From Eledone cirrhosa (lineage: Eukaryota), in NCBI GenBank assembly GCA_964016885.1, contig OZ024764.1, positions 15,252,001 to 15,316,000 of the forward strand: a stretch of 64,000 nt of DNA, written 5' to 3'. Under the pieces are notes generated by a model. The model was given only the letters and a program-made list of their open reading frames with translations. It did not search any database and was not told the origin of the DNA. The translations under genes and the position numbers were made by a program. Positions 54,201 through 64,000 of this stretch are shown piece after piece (position 1 is the stretch's first letter; each line of letters opens with the position of its first letter).

Positions 54201-54429
54201 TTCACAAGACAGTCCAGAAGATAAGTTAATCCAATAAAACAAATTCACCAGACAGTATGTAGAATTTGATATATATGTGTATATAATGTATATAATGTAT
54301 ATAATGTATATATACACCCTTGGTTGTGGGTAGAACAGGAATGATCAACACATCCTGTAGCAGTGAGTGTATATATATTAACTATATTAACGGCTCTTTT
54401 TCAAACGTAGCACCAGATCACCAAACTGA

Positions 54430-54449
54430 TAATATACATACATATATAC

Positions 54450-54509
<60 letters not shown>

Positions 54510-54636
54510 TCCTGTCTATATATATATATAGATATATATGTATATAGATATATATTTGTATATATATATATATATACACACAGAGTCCTGTCTATATATG
54601 TATATATGTATATATGTATATATATACACAGAGTCC

Positions 54637-54690
<54 letters not shown>

Positions 54691-54740
54691 TATATGTATG
54701 TATATATATATATATATATATATACACACAAACAGAGTCC

Positions 54741-54791
<51 letters not shown>

Positions 54792-55044
54792 ATATATATA
54801 TATATACACACACAGTCCTCCTGTTTAGTGGCAGCAAAGTTAAAATCCAAGACAATTACAGTAATATTGTGTGTGTGTATATATATATGTGTATATATAT
54901 ATATGTGTGTGTGGGTATATACGTATGTATTTAGATATATACATATATATGACTGTATATATATACAATCTACAGGTTTTGTATACTCTCTCTCTATATA
55001 TACATGTGTGAGTGTATATATGTGAGTATATATATATACATGTA

Positions 55045-55075
<31 letters not shown>

Positions 55076-55168
55076 GTGTGTATATATATATATATATATG
55101 TATATGTGTGTGTATATATATATATATATGTATATGTGTGTATATATATATATGTATATGTGTGTATG

Positions 55169-55202
<34 letters not shown>

Positions 55203-55325
55203 CGTCAAGCCAGTCCATTAAATATCACACACACATACATGTACACCCACACACACACCAACACACCCTCACCAACACATGTACACACACACACACCAAC
55301 ACATGTACACACACACACACCAACA
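54430..55325. repeat. (TA)n/(TG)n/(CA)n microsatellite field with repeated acagagtcctgtct islands
   Basis: Long TA runs, with islands near 54506, 54580, 54627, 54733 and 54812. Confidence 0.9.
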
Positions 55326-55387
55326 GTCTGAAGAATTTAGTAGAGGTAAAGGGGGAAGGGAAATGTCATTTAAAGTTGACCTCAATT

Positions 55388-55940
55388 GTTGGTGGTGGGG
55401 GAGGGTGTTGTGATGGTGGGGCGGGGTGGGGTGGGGTGGGGTGGGGAATGTGATGGGGGTGGGTGATGGAAATGGGGGGGGGTGATGGTAGGGTTGGTGG
55501 TTTTTGTTGGTAGTGGGGTAGTGATGTTGGTGGAGGTAGTGTTGGGTAGTGGTGGTGTTGTTGGTGGTGGTGTGGGGTAGTGTTGGTGTTGGTGGTGGTG
55601 GTGGAGTGGGGTAGTGTTGTTGTTGGTGGTAGTGGTGGGTAGTGATGGTGTTGTTGGTGGAGGTAGTGGTGGTGTTGTTGGTGGTGGTGGTGGTGTTGGT
55701 GGAGTGGAGTAGTGTTGTTGTTGGTGGTGGTGGTGGTGTAGTGTTGGTGGTGGTGGTGGTGAGTGGGGTAGTGGTGTTGGTGGAGGTGTTGTTGTAGTGG
55801 TGTTGGTGGAGTGGGGTAGTGTTGGTGGTAGTGGCGGAGTGGGGTGGTGTTGGTGGAGTGGGGTGGTGTTGGTGGAGTGGGGTGGTGGTGTTGTTGGTGG
55901 AGTGGGGTGGTGGTGTTGTTGGTGGTGGTGGTGGTGGTGA
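55388..55940. repeat. (GGT/GTT/GTA) trinucleotide low-complexity tract with a (GGGGT)n run
   Basis: Read directly; (GGGGT)n at 55418-55446. Confidence 0.9.
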
Positions 55941-55960
55941 GGGTTTGCATGTGAGAAAGC

Positions 55961-56097
55961 CATCACTACCACTACTACTACTACTACCACCACCACCACT
56001 ACTACTACTAACACTACTACTACTACCACCACTACTACCACCACCACCACCACCACCACCACCACTACTATTAACACTACTACTACTACCACCATCA
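55961..56097. repeat. (CTA/CCA)n microsatellite
   Basis: Read directly; opposite strand polarity to 55388-55940. Confidence 0.9.
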
Positions 56098-56136
56098 CTT
56101 CCTTGATCTCTATCTCTGTCCCTCTAATCACAAAGC

Positions 56137-56193
56137 CACACTCCACTCTACTCCACACTCACACTCCACTCACACTCCACTCCACTCACACTC
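56137..56193. repeat. (CACTC)n short repeat
   Basis: cactccactctactccacactcacactccactc... Confidence 0.8.
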
Positions 56194-56279
56194 AAGGAAG
56201 TTTCTGAAATGATGGTTTACTGCTGTTGTTGCTAGAAGTGGTTACCCAGTCAACATGAAAGATATAGTAATGGAATAAA

Positions 56280-56280
56280 T

Positions 56281-56337
<57 letters not shown>

Positions 56338-56742
56338 ATGTATACATATACATATATATATATTTGTATGTATACATATATGTATGCATGTATATATATA
56401 TATATAGAGATATGTATGTGTGTATACATATATGTATGTATACATATATAGATAGATAGATATATACATACATACATACATACATAGATACATACATACA
56501 TACATATATACATATATATGCCATTTTATTTTTAATTTGACAAAAATTTAATCTTGAATCATACACATGCTTAGAAATACACACACAGACACACACATAC
56601 ACACACGTAGACACACGTAGACACACACACTTAAACACTCATACATATATCCACATTTACAAAAACACATGAACAGACACATACACACACACTTAGACAT
56701 ATATACATACACATATATAAATATACACACACACACACACAC
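56280..56742. repeat. (TA)/(CATA)/(GATA)/(CA) microsatellite field
   Basis: Read directly. Confidence 0.9.
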
Positions 56743-56870
56743 AGGCTTCTTCCCATATATAGAGTACTCCTTTGCTTTGTGATGTCAGTAGTCTCAGCAC
56801 CACAGACTATATATATATATAGGCACTTCTTAGCCCAATATACACCCGCATCCCACACCCCTACACCAGA

Positions 56871-57275
56871 CAAAAAGGCTCCCAGTCCACACTGTAAAGT
56901 AGTTGTGTAGGGGACACAGTAAAAAGGCTCCCAGTCCACACTGTAAAGTGGTCATGTAGGGGACACAGTAAAAAGGCTCCCAGTCCACACTGTAAAGTAG
57001 TCGTGTAGGGAACACAGTAAAAAGGCTCCCAGTCCACACTGTAAAGTAGTCGTGTAGGGAACACAGTAAAAAGGCTCCCAGTCCACACTGTAAAGTAGTC
57101 GTGTAGGGGACACGGTAAAAAGTCTCCCAGTCCACACTGTAAAGTGGTCGTGTAGGGGACACGGTAAAAAGGCTCCCAGTCCACACAGTAAAAAGGCTCC
57201 CAGTCCACATGTAATGAGGTTGTGTAAGGGACACGGTAAAAAGGCTCCCAGTCCACACTGTAAATGTGGTTGGTG
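56871..57275 (+). repeat. 49-bp minisatellite, array 1 (~9 units; aaaaaggctcccagtccacactgtaaagt[g/a]gtc[a/g]tgtaggggacac[a/g]gt)
   Basis: Units start at 56921, 56970, 57019, 57068...; one short unit near 57166-57190. Confidence 0.95.
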
Positions 57276-57290
57276 TTAGGAAGGGCATCC
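57230..57290 (+). mobile_element. SINE internal fragment (octopus-type)
   Basis: The last minisatellite unit runs on into gtggttggtgttaggaagggcatcc. This matches a segment I recall from abundant octopus SINEs (...GTAAAAAGCACCCA..ACAC..TGTAAAGTGGTTGGTGTTAGGAAGGGCATCCAG). Recall only. Confidence 0.55.
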
Positions 57291-57293
57291 TAA

Positions 57294-57632
57294 CAACTAA
57301 TTAGAGAAAGGGTTAAATTAGATGAGATGCAGTTTGGTTTTGTGCCTGGGAAAAGTACAACAGATGCCCTCATCTTGGTGAGACAACTACAAGAGAGGTT
57401 CTTAGAGAAGAATAAGCCACTATGTTTAGCTTTTGTTGACCTAGAGCCCTTTGATAGAGTACCCCCATCTACCATCTGCTGGTCCCTAAGGAAATTAGGT
57501 GTAAAACAATGGCTTGTGAGAACAGTGCCAGCTATGTACAGAGAGCTGTCAGTAAAGTGAGGGTAGGAATGGAGTTTAGTGAGGAATTCCAGATACAAGT
57601 AGGTGTACATCAGGGTTCGGTCCTCAGTCCAC
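57294..57632 (+). pseudogene. Non-LTR retrotransposon (RTE clade-like) reverse transcriptase fragment, frameshifted
   Basis: QLIRERVKLDEMQFGFVPGKSTTDALILVRQLQERFLEKNKPLCLAFVDLE-PFDRVP...LRKLGV...MYR, a frameshift at ~57545, then AVSKVRVGMEFSEEFQIQVGVHQGSVLSP. These are the QFGF, FVDLEKAFD and GVxQGxxLSP RT motifs. The fragment is truncated before YADD. Confidence 0.92.
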
Positions 57633-57650
57633 CTTGAGTGCAATGTAGCG

Positions 57651-58529
57651 AGGTAGCTGAGTGGTTAACTAGCTAGGTGACTGAGTGGTTAACTGGCTAG
57701 GTGACTGGGTAGTTAACTAGCTAGGTAGCTGAGTGGTTAACTGGCTAGGTAGCTGGGTGGTTAACTGGCTAGGTAGCTGGGTGGTTAACTGGCTAGGTAG
57801 CTGAGTGGTTAACTGGCTAGGTGGCTGGGTGGTTAACTAGCTAGGTGACTGGGTAGTTAACTAGCTAGGTGACTGGGTGGTCAACTGGCTAGGTGACTGG
57901 GTAGTTAACTAGCTAGGTAGCTGAGTGGTTAACTGGCTAGGTGGCTGGGTGGTTAACTGGCTAGGTAGCTGGGTGGTTAACTGGCTAGGTAGCTGGGTGG
58001 TTAACTGGCTAGGTAGCTGGGTGGTTAACTGGCTAGGTAGCTGAGTGGTTAACTGGCTAGGTGGCTGGGTGGTTAACTAGCTAGGTGACTGGGTAGTTAA
58101 CTAGCTAGGTGACTGGGTGGTCAACTGGCTAGGTGACTGGGTAGTTAACTAGCTAGGTAGCTGAGTGGTTAACTGGCTAGGTGGCTGGGTGGTTAACTGG
58201 CTAGGTAGCTGGGTGGTTAACTGGCTAGGTAGCTGGGTGGTTAACTGGCTAGGTAGCTGAGTGGTTAACTGGCTAGGTGGCTGGGTGGTTAACTGGCTAG
58301 GTAGCTGGGTGGTTAACTGGCTAGGTAGCTGAGTGGTTAACTGGCTAGGTAGCTGAGTGGTTAACTGGCTAGGTGGCTGAGTGGTTAACTGGCTAGGTGG
58401 CTGGGTGGTTAACTGGCTAGGTGGCTGGGTGGTTAACTGGCTAGGTGGCTGAGTGGTTAACTGGCTAGGTGACTGGGTGGTTAACTGGCTAGGTGACTGG
58501 GTGGTTAACTGGCTAGGTGGCTGGGTGGT
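57651..58529. repeat. 24-bp minisatellite (gtggttaactggctaggtagctgg)n, ~36 copies
   Basis: Period 24 (57781 and 57805); the 240-bp block 57781-58020 is duplicated at 58021-58260. Confidence 0.97.
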
Positions 58530-58607
58530 ATGACCTATTCACCCACTACTGCACCACAACAACCAATTCAAAATATCTCTCCTCTCTCTTTTATTTAACA
58601 TCCAGTA

Positions 58608-61600
58608 GATGGCTGGATGGTTATCAGGATGGTTAGACAGTTAGGGAGTGGATGGGTGGATGGTTATCAGGATGGTTAGACAGTTAGGGAGTGGATGGGT
58701 GGATGGTTATCAGGATGGTTAGACAGTTAGGGAGTGGATGGGTGGATGGTTATCAGGATGGTTAGACAGTTAGGGAGTGGATGGGTGGATGGTTATCAGG
58801 ATGGTTAGACAGTTAGGGAGTGGATGGCTGGATGGTTATCAGGATGGTTAGACAGTTAGGGAGTGGATGGGTGGATGGTTATCAGGATGGTTAGACAGTT
58901 AGGGAGTGGATGGCTGGATGGTTATCAGGATGGTTAGACAGTTAGGGAGTGGATGGGTGGATGGTTATCAGGATGGTTAGACAGTTAGGGAGTGGATGGC
59001 TGGATGGTTATCAGGATGGTTAGACAGTTAGGGAGTGGATGGCTGGATGGTTATCAGGATGGTTAGACAGTTAGGGAGTGGATGGCTGGATGGTTATCAG
59101 GATGGTTAGACAGTTAGGGAGTGGATGGGTGGATGGTTATCAGGATGGTTAGACAGTTAGGGAGTGGATGGGTGGATGGTTATCAGGATGGTTAGACAGT
59201 TAGGGAGTGGATGGCTGGATGGTTATCAGGATGGTTAGACAGTTAGGGAGTGGATGGGTGGATGGTTATCAGGATGGTTAGACAGTTAGGGAGTGGATGG
59301 CTGGATGGTTATCAGGATGGTTAGACAGTTAGGGAGTGGATGGGTGGATGGTTATCAGGATGGTTAGACAGTTAGGGAGTGGATGGCTGGATGGTTATCA
59401 GGATGGTTAGACAGTTAGGGAGTGGATGGGTGGATGGTTATCAGGATGGTTAGACAGTTAGGGAGTGGATGGCTGGATGGTTATCAGGATGGTTAGACAG
59501 TTAGGGAGTGGATGGCTGGATGGTTATCAGGATGGTTAGACAGTTAGGGAGTGGATGGCTGGATGGTTATCAGGATGGTTAGACAGTTAGGGAGTGGATG
59601 GCTGGATGGTTATCAGGATGGTTAGACAGTTAGGGAGTGGATGGGTGGATGGTTATCAGGATGGTTAGACAGTTAGGGAGTGGATGGCTGGATGGTTATC
59701 AGGATGGTTAGACAGTTAGGGAGTGGATGGCTGGATGGTTATCAGGATGGTTAGACAGTTAGGGAGTGGATGGCTGGATGGTTATCAGGATGGTTAGACA
59801 GTTAGGGAGTGGATGGGTGGATGGTTATCAGGATGGTTAGACAGTTAGGGAGTGGATGGCTGGATGGTTATCAGGATGGTTAGACAGTTAGGGAGTGGAT
59901 GGCTGGATGGTTATCAGGATGGTTAGACAGTTAGGGAGTGGATGGGTGGATGGTTATCAGGATGGTTAGACAGTTAGGGAGTGGATGGGTGGATGGTTAT
60001 CAGGATGGTTAGACAGTTAGGGAGTGGATGGGTGGATGGTTATCAGGATGGTTAGACAGTTAGGGAGTGGATGGGTGGATGGTTATCAGGATGGTTAGAC
60101 AGTTAGGGAGTGGATGGGTGGATGGTTATCAGGATGGTTAGACAGTTAGGGAGTGGATGGCTGGATGGTTATCAGGATGGTTAGACAGTTAGGGAGTGGA
60201 TGGGTGGATGGTTATCAGGATGGTTAGACAGTTAGGGAGTGGATTGGTGGATGGTTATCAGGATGGTTAGACAGTTAGGGAGTGGATGGCTGGATGGTTA
60301 TCAGGATGGTTAGACAGTTAGGGAGTGGATGGCTGGATGGTTATCAGGATGGTTAGACAGTTAGGGAGTGGATGGGTGGATGGTTATCAGGATGGTTAGA
60401 CAGTTAGGGAGTGGATGGGTGGATGGTTATCAGGATGGTTAGACAGTTAGGGAGTGGATGGGTGGATGGTTATCAGGATGGTTAGACAGTTAGGGAGTGG
60501 ATGGGTGGATGGTTATCAGGATGGTTAGACAGTTAGGGAGTGGATGGCTGGATGGTTATCAGGATGGTTAGACAGTTAGGGAGTGGATGGGTGGATGGTT
60601 ATCAGGATGGTTAGACAGTTAGGGAGTGGATGGGTGGATGGTTATCAGGATGGTTAGACAGTTAGGGAGTGGATGGCTGGATGGTTATCAGGATGGTTAG
60701 ACAGTTAGGGAGTGGATGGCTGGATGGTTATCAGGATGGTTAGACAGTTAGGGAGTGGATGGCTGGATGGTTATCAGGATGGTTAGACAGTTAGGGAGTG
60801 GATGGGTGGATGGTTATCAGGATGGTTAGACAGTTAGGGAGTGGATGGCTGGATGGTTATCAGGATGGTTAGACAGTTAGGGAGTGGATGGGTGGATGGT
60901 TATCAGGATGGTTAGACAGTTAGGGAGTGGATGGGTGGATGGTTATCAGGATGGTTAGACAGTTAGGGAGTGGATGGGTGGATGGTTATCAGGATGGTTA
61001 GACAGTTAGGGAGTGGATGGGTGGATGGTTATCAGGATGGTTAGACAGTTAGGGAGTGGATGGCTGGATGGTTATCAGGATGGTTAGACAGTTAGGGAGT
61101 GGATGGCTGGATGGTTATCAGGATGGTTAGACAGTTAGGGAGTGGATGGCTGGATGGTTATCAGGATGGTTAGACAGTTAGGGAGTGGATGGCTGGATGG
61201 TTATCAGGATGGTTAGACAGTTAGGGAGTGGATGGGTGGATGGTTATCAGGATGGTTAGACAGTTAGGGAGTGGATGGCTGGATGGTTATCAGGATGGTT
61301 AGACAGTTAGGGAGTGGATGGGTGGATGGTTATCAGGATGGTTAGACAGTTAGGGAGTGGATGGGTGGATGGTTATCAGGATGGTTAGACAGTTAGGGAG
61401 TGGATGGGTGGATGGTTATCAGGATGGTTAGACAGTTAGGGAGTGGATGGCTGGATGGTTATCAGGATGGTTAGACAGTTAGGGAGTGGATGGCTGGATG
61501 GTTATCAGGATGGTTAGACAGTTAGGGAGTGGATGGGTGGATGGTTATCAGGATGGTTAGACAGTTAGGGAGTGGATGGCTGGATGGTTATCAGGATGGT

Positions 61601-62269
61601 TAGACAGTTAGGGAGTGGATGGCTGGATGGTTATCAGGATGGTTAGACAGTTAGGGAGTGGATGGGTGGATGGTTATCAGGATGGTTAGACAGTTAGGGA
61701 GTGGATGGCTGGATGGTTATCAGGATGGTTAGACAGTTAGGGAGTGGATGGCTGGATGGTTATCAGGATGGTTAGACAGTTAGGGAGTGGATGGGTGGAT
61801 GGTTATCAGGATGGTTAGACAGTTAGGGAGTGGATGGGTGGATGGTTATCAGGATGGTTAGACAGTTAGGGAGTGGATGGGTGGATGGTTATCAGGATGG
61901 TTAGACAGTTAGGGAGTGGATGGGTGGATGGTTATCAGGATGGTTAGACAGTTAGGGAGTGGATGGCTGGATGGTTATCAGGATGGTTAGACAGTTAGGG
62001 AGTGGATGGGTGGATGGTTATCAGGATGGTTAGACAGTTAGGGAGTGGATGGGTGGATGGTTATCAGGATGGTTAGACAGTTAGGGAGTGGATGGGTGGA
62101 TGGTTATCAGGATGGTTAGACAGTTAGGGAGTGGATGGCTGGATGGTTATCAGGATGGTTAGACAGTTAGGGAGTGGATGGCTGGATGGTTATCAGGATG
62201 GTTAGACAGTTAGGGAGTGGATGGGTGGATGGTTATCAGGATGGTTAGACAGTTAGGGAGTGGATGGCT
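58608..62269. repeat. 43-bp minisatellite (ggatggttatcaggatggttagacagttagggagtggatgg[g/c]t)n, ~85 copies
   Basis: Exact 43-bp period from the variable site at 58613 to 62268 (85 x 43), with no indels seen. Confidence 0.98.
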
Positions 62270-62466
62270 TGGAAGTTAGATAAGAGCTTGGATGGTTAGA
62301 AAGTTAGGGGGGGGGTTAAATAGCATCACACCACTATAATCACCTCCTGTCACCAGCAGTCATCTGACCTAGATATTTGTTGAAGGCAGAGAGGGGGGGG
62401 GGGCTTAAGTGGGATAATTCCTCCCTTAACCTATCTCTCCACTTCCTCCTATTTGTTTATATACAT

Positions 62467-62502
<36 letters not shown>

Positions 62503-62513
62503 TATATATATAT

Positions 62514-62638
62514 ATAGGAAAATGTTCAAGACCCCGACGGCAGAGATCAGGCCGTTTCGACAGCTATTTCTGGACTCCAGAAATAGCCGTCGTAAAGGCC
62601 TGAGCTCTGCGGTCGGGGGGTCTTGAACATTTTCCTAT
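62514..62638. other. 125-bp near-perfect inverted repeat (hairpin); MITE/foldback or retroelement relic
   Basis: Left arm ATAGGAAAATGTTCAAGACCCC--GACGGCAGAGATCAGGCCGTTTCGACAGCTATTTCTGGA versus reverse complement of right arm ATAGGAAAATGTTCAAGACCCCCCGACCGCAGAGCTCAGGCCTTTACGACGGCTATTTCTGGA: 5 substitutions, one 2-nt indel, centre at 62575. Confidence 0.95.
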
Positions 62639-62715
62639 TTCCCACTCTACTCCCCTAAGTATTGAGTACTCTGGTGCGTTATGGTCCACCTGGTTCCTTA
62701 CCACACTTCCTTCGT

Positions 62716-62878
62716 TATATATATATATAAAGTTGTATTCCTGTTTGTTTGTTTGTTGGTTTGTTTGTTCACAAACTCCTCCTATGGTTTTGGAGATAGA
62801 CCCCCATAACCATATATATTCTGAAACTACATTGCCCAGGGTACTTGGATAAGTATATTTCATTTTAATCAAAGGGTT
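62716..62878 (+). mobile_element. Helitron-like element, copy 2 (probably extends into the AT-rich sequence to ~63240)
   Basis: tatatatataaagttgtattcctgtttgtttg...cacaaactcctcctatgg...gataagtatatttcattttaatcaaagggtt aligns by eye to 1819-1962 with an expanded GTTT tract. No 3' hairpin + CTRR end was identified. Confidence 0.6.
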
Positions 62879-63258
62879 CCCCAGGGGCACAAACCCTCGC
62901 TGAAAATTTTTTCAAATTTTAGCAAATTTCAATAATATTAAGACACCCTAATGGGGGTTTAACCCCCTATAGTGAAAATTTTGGAAGCCCAAATGAAATA
63001 ATGCTTTACACAAAAATGAAATTATCAAGTTTTGAATTGATATTTTTAAAAAAATTATTTACAAGAAACAAAATAAGAATAAGATTTAATGTAATTTTAA
63101 TTTGATATATTACAAAAAATAATGTTTTCCAATTTTTCATGCATTACATTTTACATTGAGTAATATTGAAATGCAGAGGTTTTCTCCATAAATTATATCA
63201 TTGATTTAAAATCAATCATTTTCTTACAAAAAAAAATGTGTGAAACAACCCATCACCC

Positions 63259-63321
63259 GGTCTGAGAATTGAACTCACAACCTTTCGATTGCAAAGCCAA
63301 TGCTCTAACCACTAAGCCATG
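63259..63321 (-). mobile_element. tRNA-derived SINE head / tRNA pseudogene with Pol III A and B boxes
   Basis: Minus strand CATGGCTTAGTGGTTAGAGCATTGGCTTTGCAATCGAAAGGTTGTGAGTTCAATTCTCAGACC: A box TGGCTTAGTGG, D-arm GCTT/GAGC, T-arm TGAG-TTCAATT-CTCA. The anticodon stem is broken and there is no acceptor stem. Confidence 0.75.
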
Positions 63322-63528
63322 TATAGTATATAAGACAATGTCACTGGATCGAGATCTTTGGCGCCACGCAGTAATACAGAAGACCCGCCTTCCCTATGTG
63401 AAAAGTTAACCTACAGTCAGTAGGCCCCTCAAAACCAAACATACACCCCAACCCACTACCCCTACTCCATCCTTCCACTCCCACCAACACCACCCTTTCT
63501 CTGTAAAGTTATGTTGGTACCATAACAT

Positions 63529-63961
63529 CCAGTCCACACTGTAAAGTGGTTGTGTAGGAGACATGATAAAAAGGCTCCCAGTCCACACTGTAATGTGGTT
63601 GTGTAGGAGACACGGTAAAAAGGCTCCCAGTCCACACTGTAAAGTGGTCATGTAGGAGACACGATAAAAAGGCTCCCAGTCCACACTGTACGGTGGTCAT
63701 GTAGGAGACAATAAAAAGGCTCCCAGTCCACACTGTACGGTGGTCATGTAGGAGACAATAAAAAGGCTCCCAGTCCACACTGTAAGGTGGTGTCATGTAA
63801 GGAGACACAATAAAAAGGCTCCCAGTCCACACTGTACGGTGGTCATGTAGGAGACAATAAAAAGGCTCCCAGTCCACACTGTAAGGTGGTGTCATGTAAG
63901 GAGACACGATAAAAAGGCTCCCAGTCCACACTGTAAGGTGGTCATGTAGGAGACACGGTAA
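63529..63961 (+). repeat. 47-52-bp minisatellite, array 2 of the aaaaaggctcccagtccacactgta family (~9 units)
   Basis: Same core as 56871-57275, with its own variants (aggagac, tgtacgg). Confidence 0.95.
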
Positions 63962-63969
63962 ACGTGTTC

Positions 63970-63998
63970 CATCATCATCGTTTAACGTCTATCTTCCA
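63970..63998 (-). mobile_element. Probable SINE/RTE 3' tail fragment at the window edge
   Basis: catcatcatcgtttaacgtc..ttcca resembles the reverse complement of the ...GGACGTTAAACGATGATGATG tail I recall from octopus RTE-type SINEs. Only ~28 bp are visible. Confidence 0.45.
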
Positions 63999-64000
63999 CC

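Noticed and set aside
53762-56742. Many YI/CV/HT/PT-rich ORFs
   Set aside because: Translations of dinucleotide and trinucleotide repeats with no domain content.
57290-57643. 117-aa minus-strand ORF
   Set aside because: Antisense shadow of the RT relic.
62564-62890. 108-aa minus ORF sharing NPLIKMKYTYPSTL with ORF 1888-2070
   Set aside because: The shared peptide reflects the non-coding Helitron-like repeat; the ORF crosses unrelated elements and a microsatellite.
63259-63321. Functional tRNA (possible TGC anticodon)
   Set aside because: No acceptor stem and a mismatched anticodon stem; fits a SINE head or pseudogene.
56631-63931. ORFs with repeated VDWEPFYCVPYTTTLQCGLGAF / WTGSLFTV peptides
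   Set aside because: These come from the 49-bp minisatellite cycling through all three frames; the unit length is not a multiple of 3.

Overview
Eukaryotic, repeat-saturated DNA, most likely octopus. That call is an inference from recalled octopus-type SINE, RTE-LINE and TTAA-MITE fragments and the dense (TA)/(CATA) microsatellites. The only credible host coding sequence is a minus-strand exon at 1-1350, open to the window edge and so missed by the ORF track. It encodes the N-terminal ~443 aa of a cytospin-A/SPECC1L-like coiled-coil protein and has a clean 3' splice acceptor at 1351-1352. No upstream exon is visible, so the remaining ~62 kb is probably, at least in part, one large upstream intron. 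About 76% of the window (4727-53560) is one uninterrupted 31-bp satellite (~1,575 copies). Its monomer consists of two imperfect palindromes, and the array shows kb-scale higher-order duplications and distinct variant domains. The flanks carry 20-, 24-, 43- and 49-bp minisatellites, microsatellites, two Helitron-like 5' fragments, an RTE reverse-transcriptase relic, a tRNA-derived SINE head and a 125-bp near-perfect palindrome. I see no CRISPR array and no new protein-coding system. The most notable signals are structural: the self-complementary, probably intronic satellite, a 43-bp array with a single binary G/C variable site, and the long hairpin.
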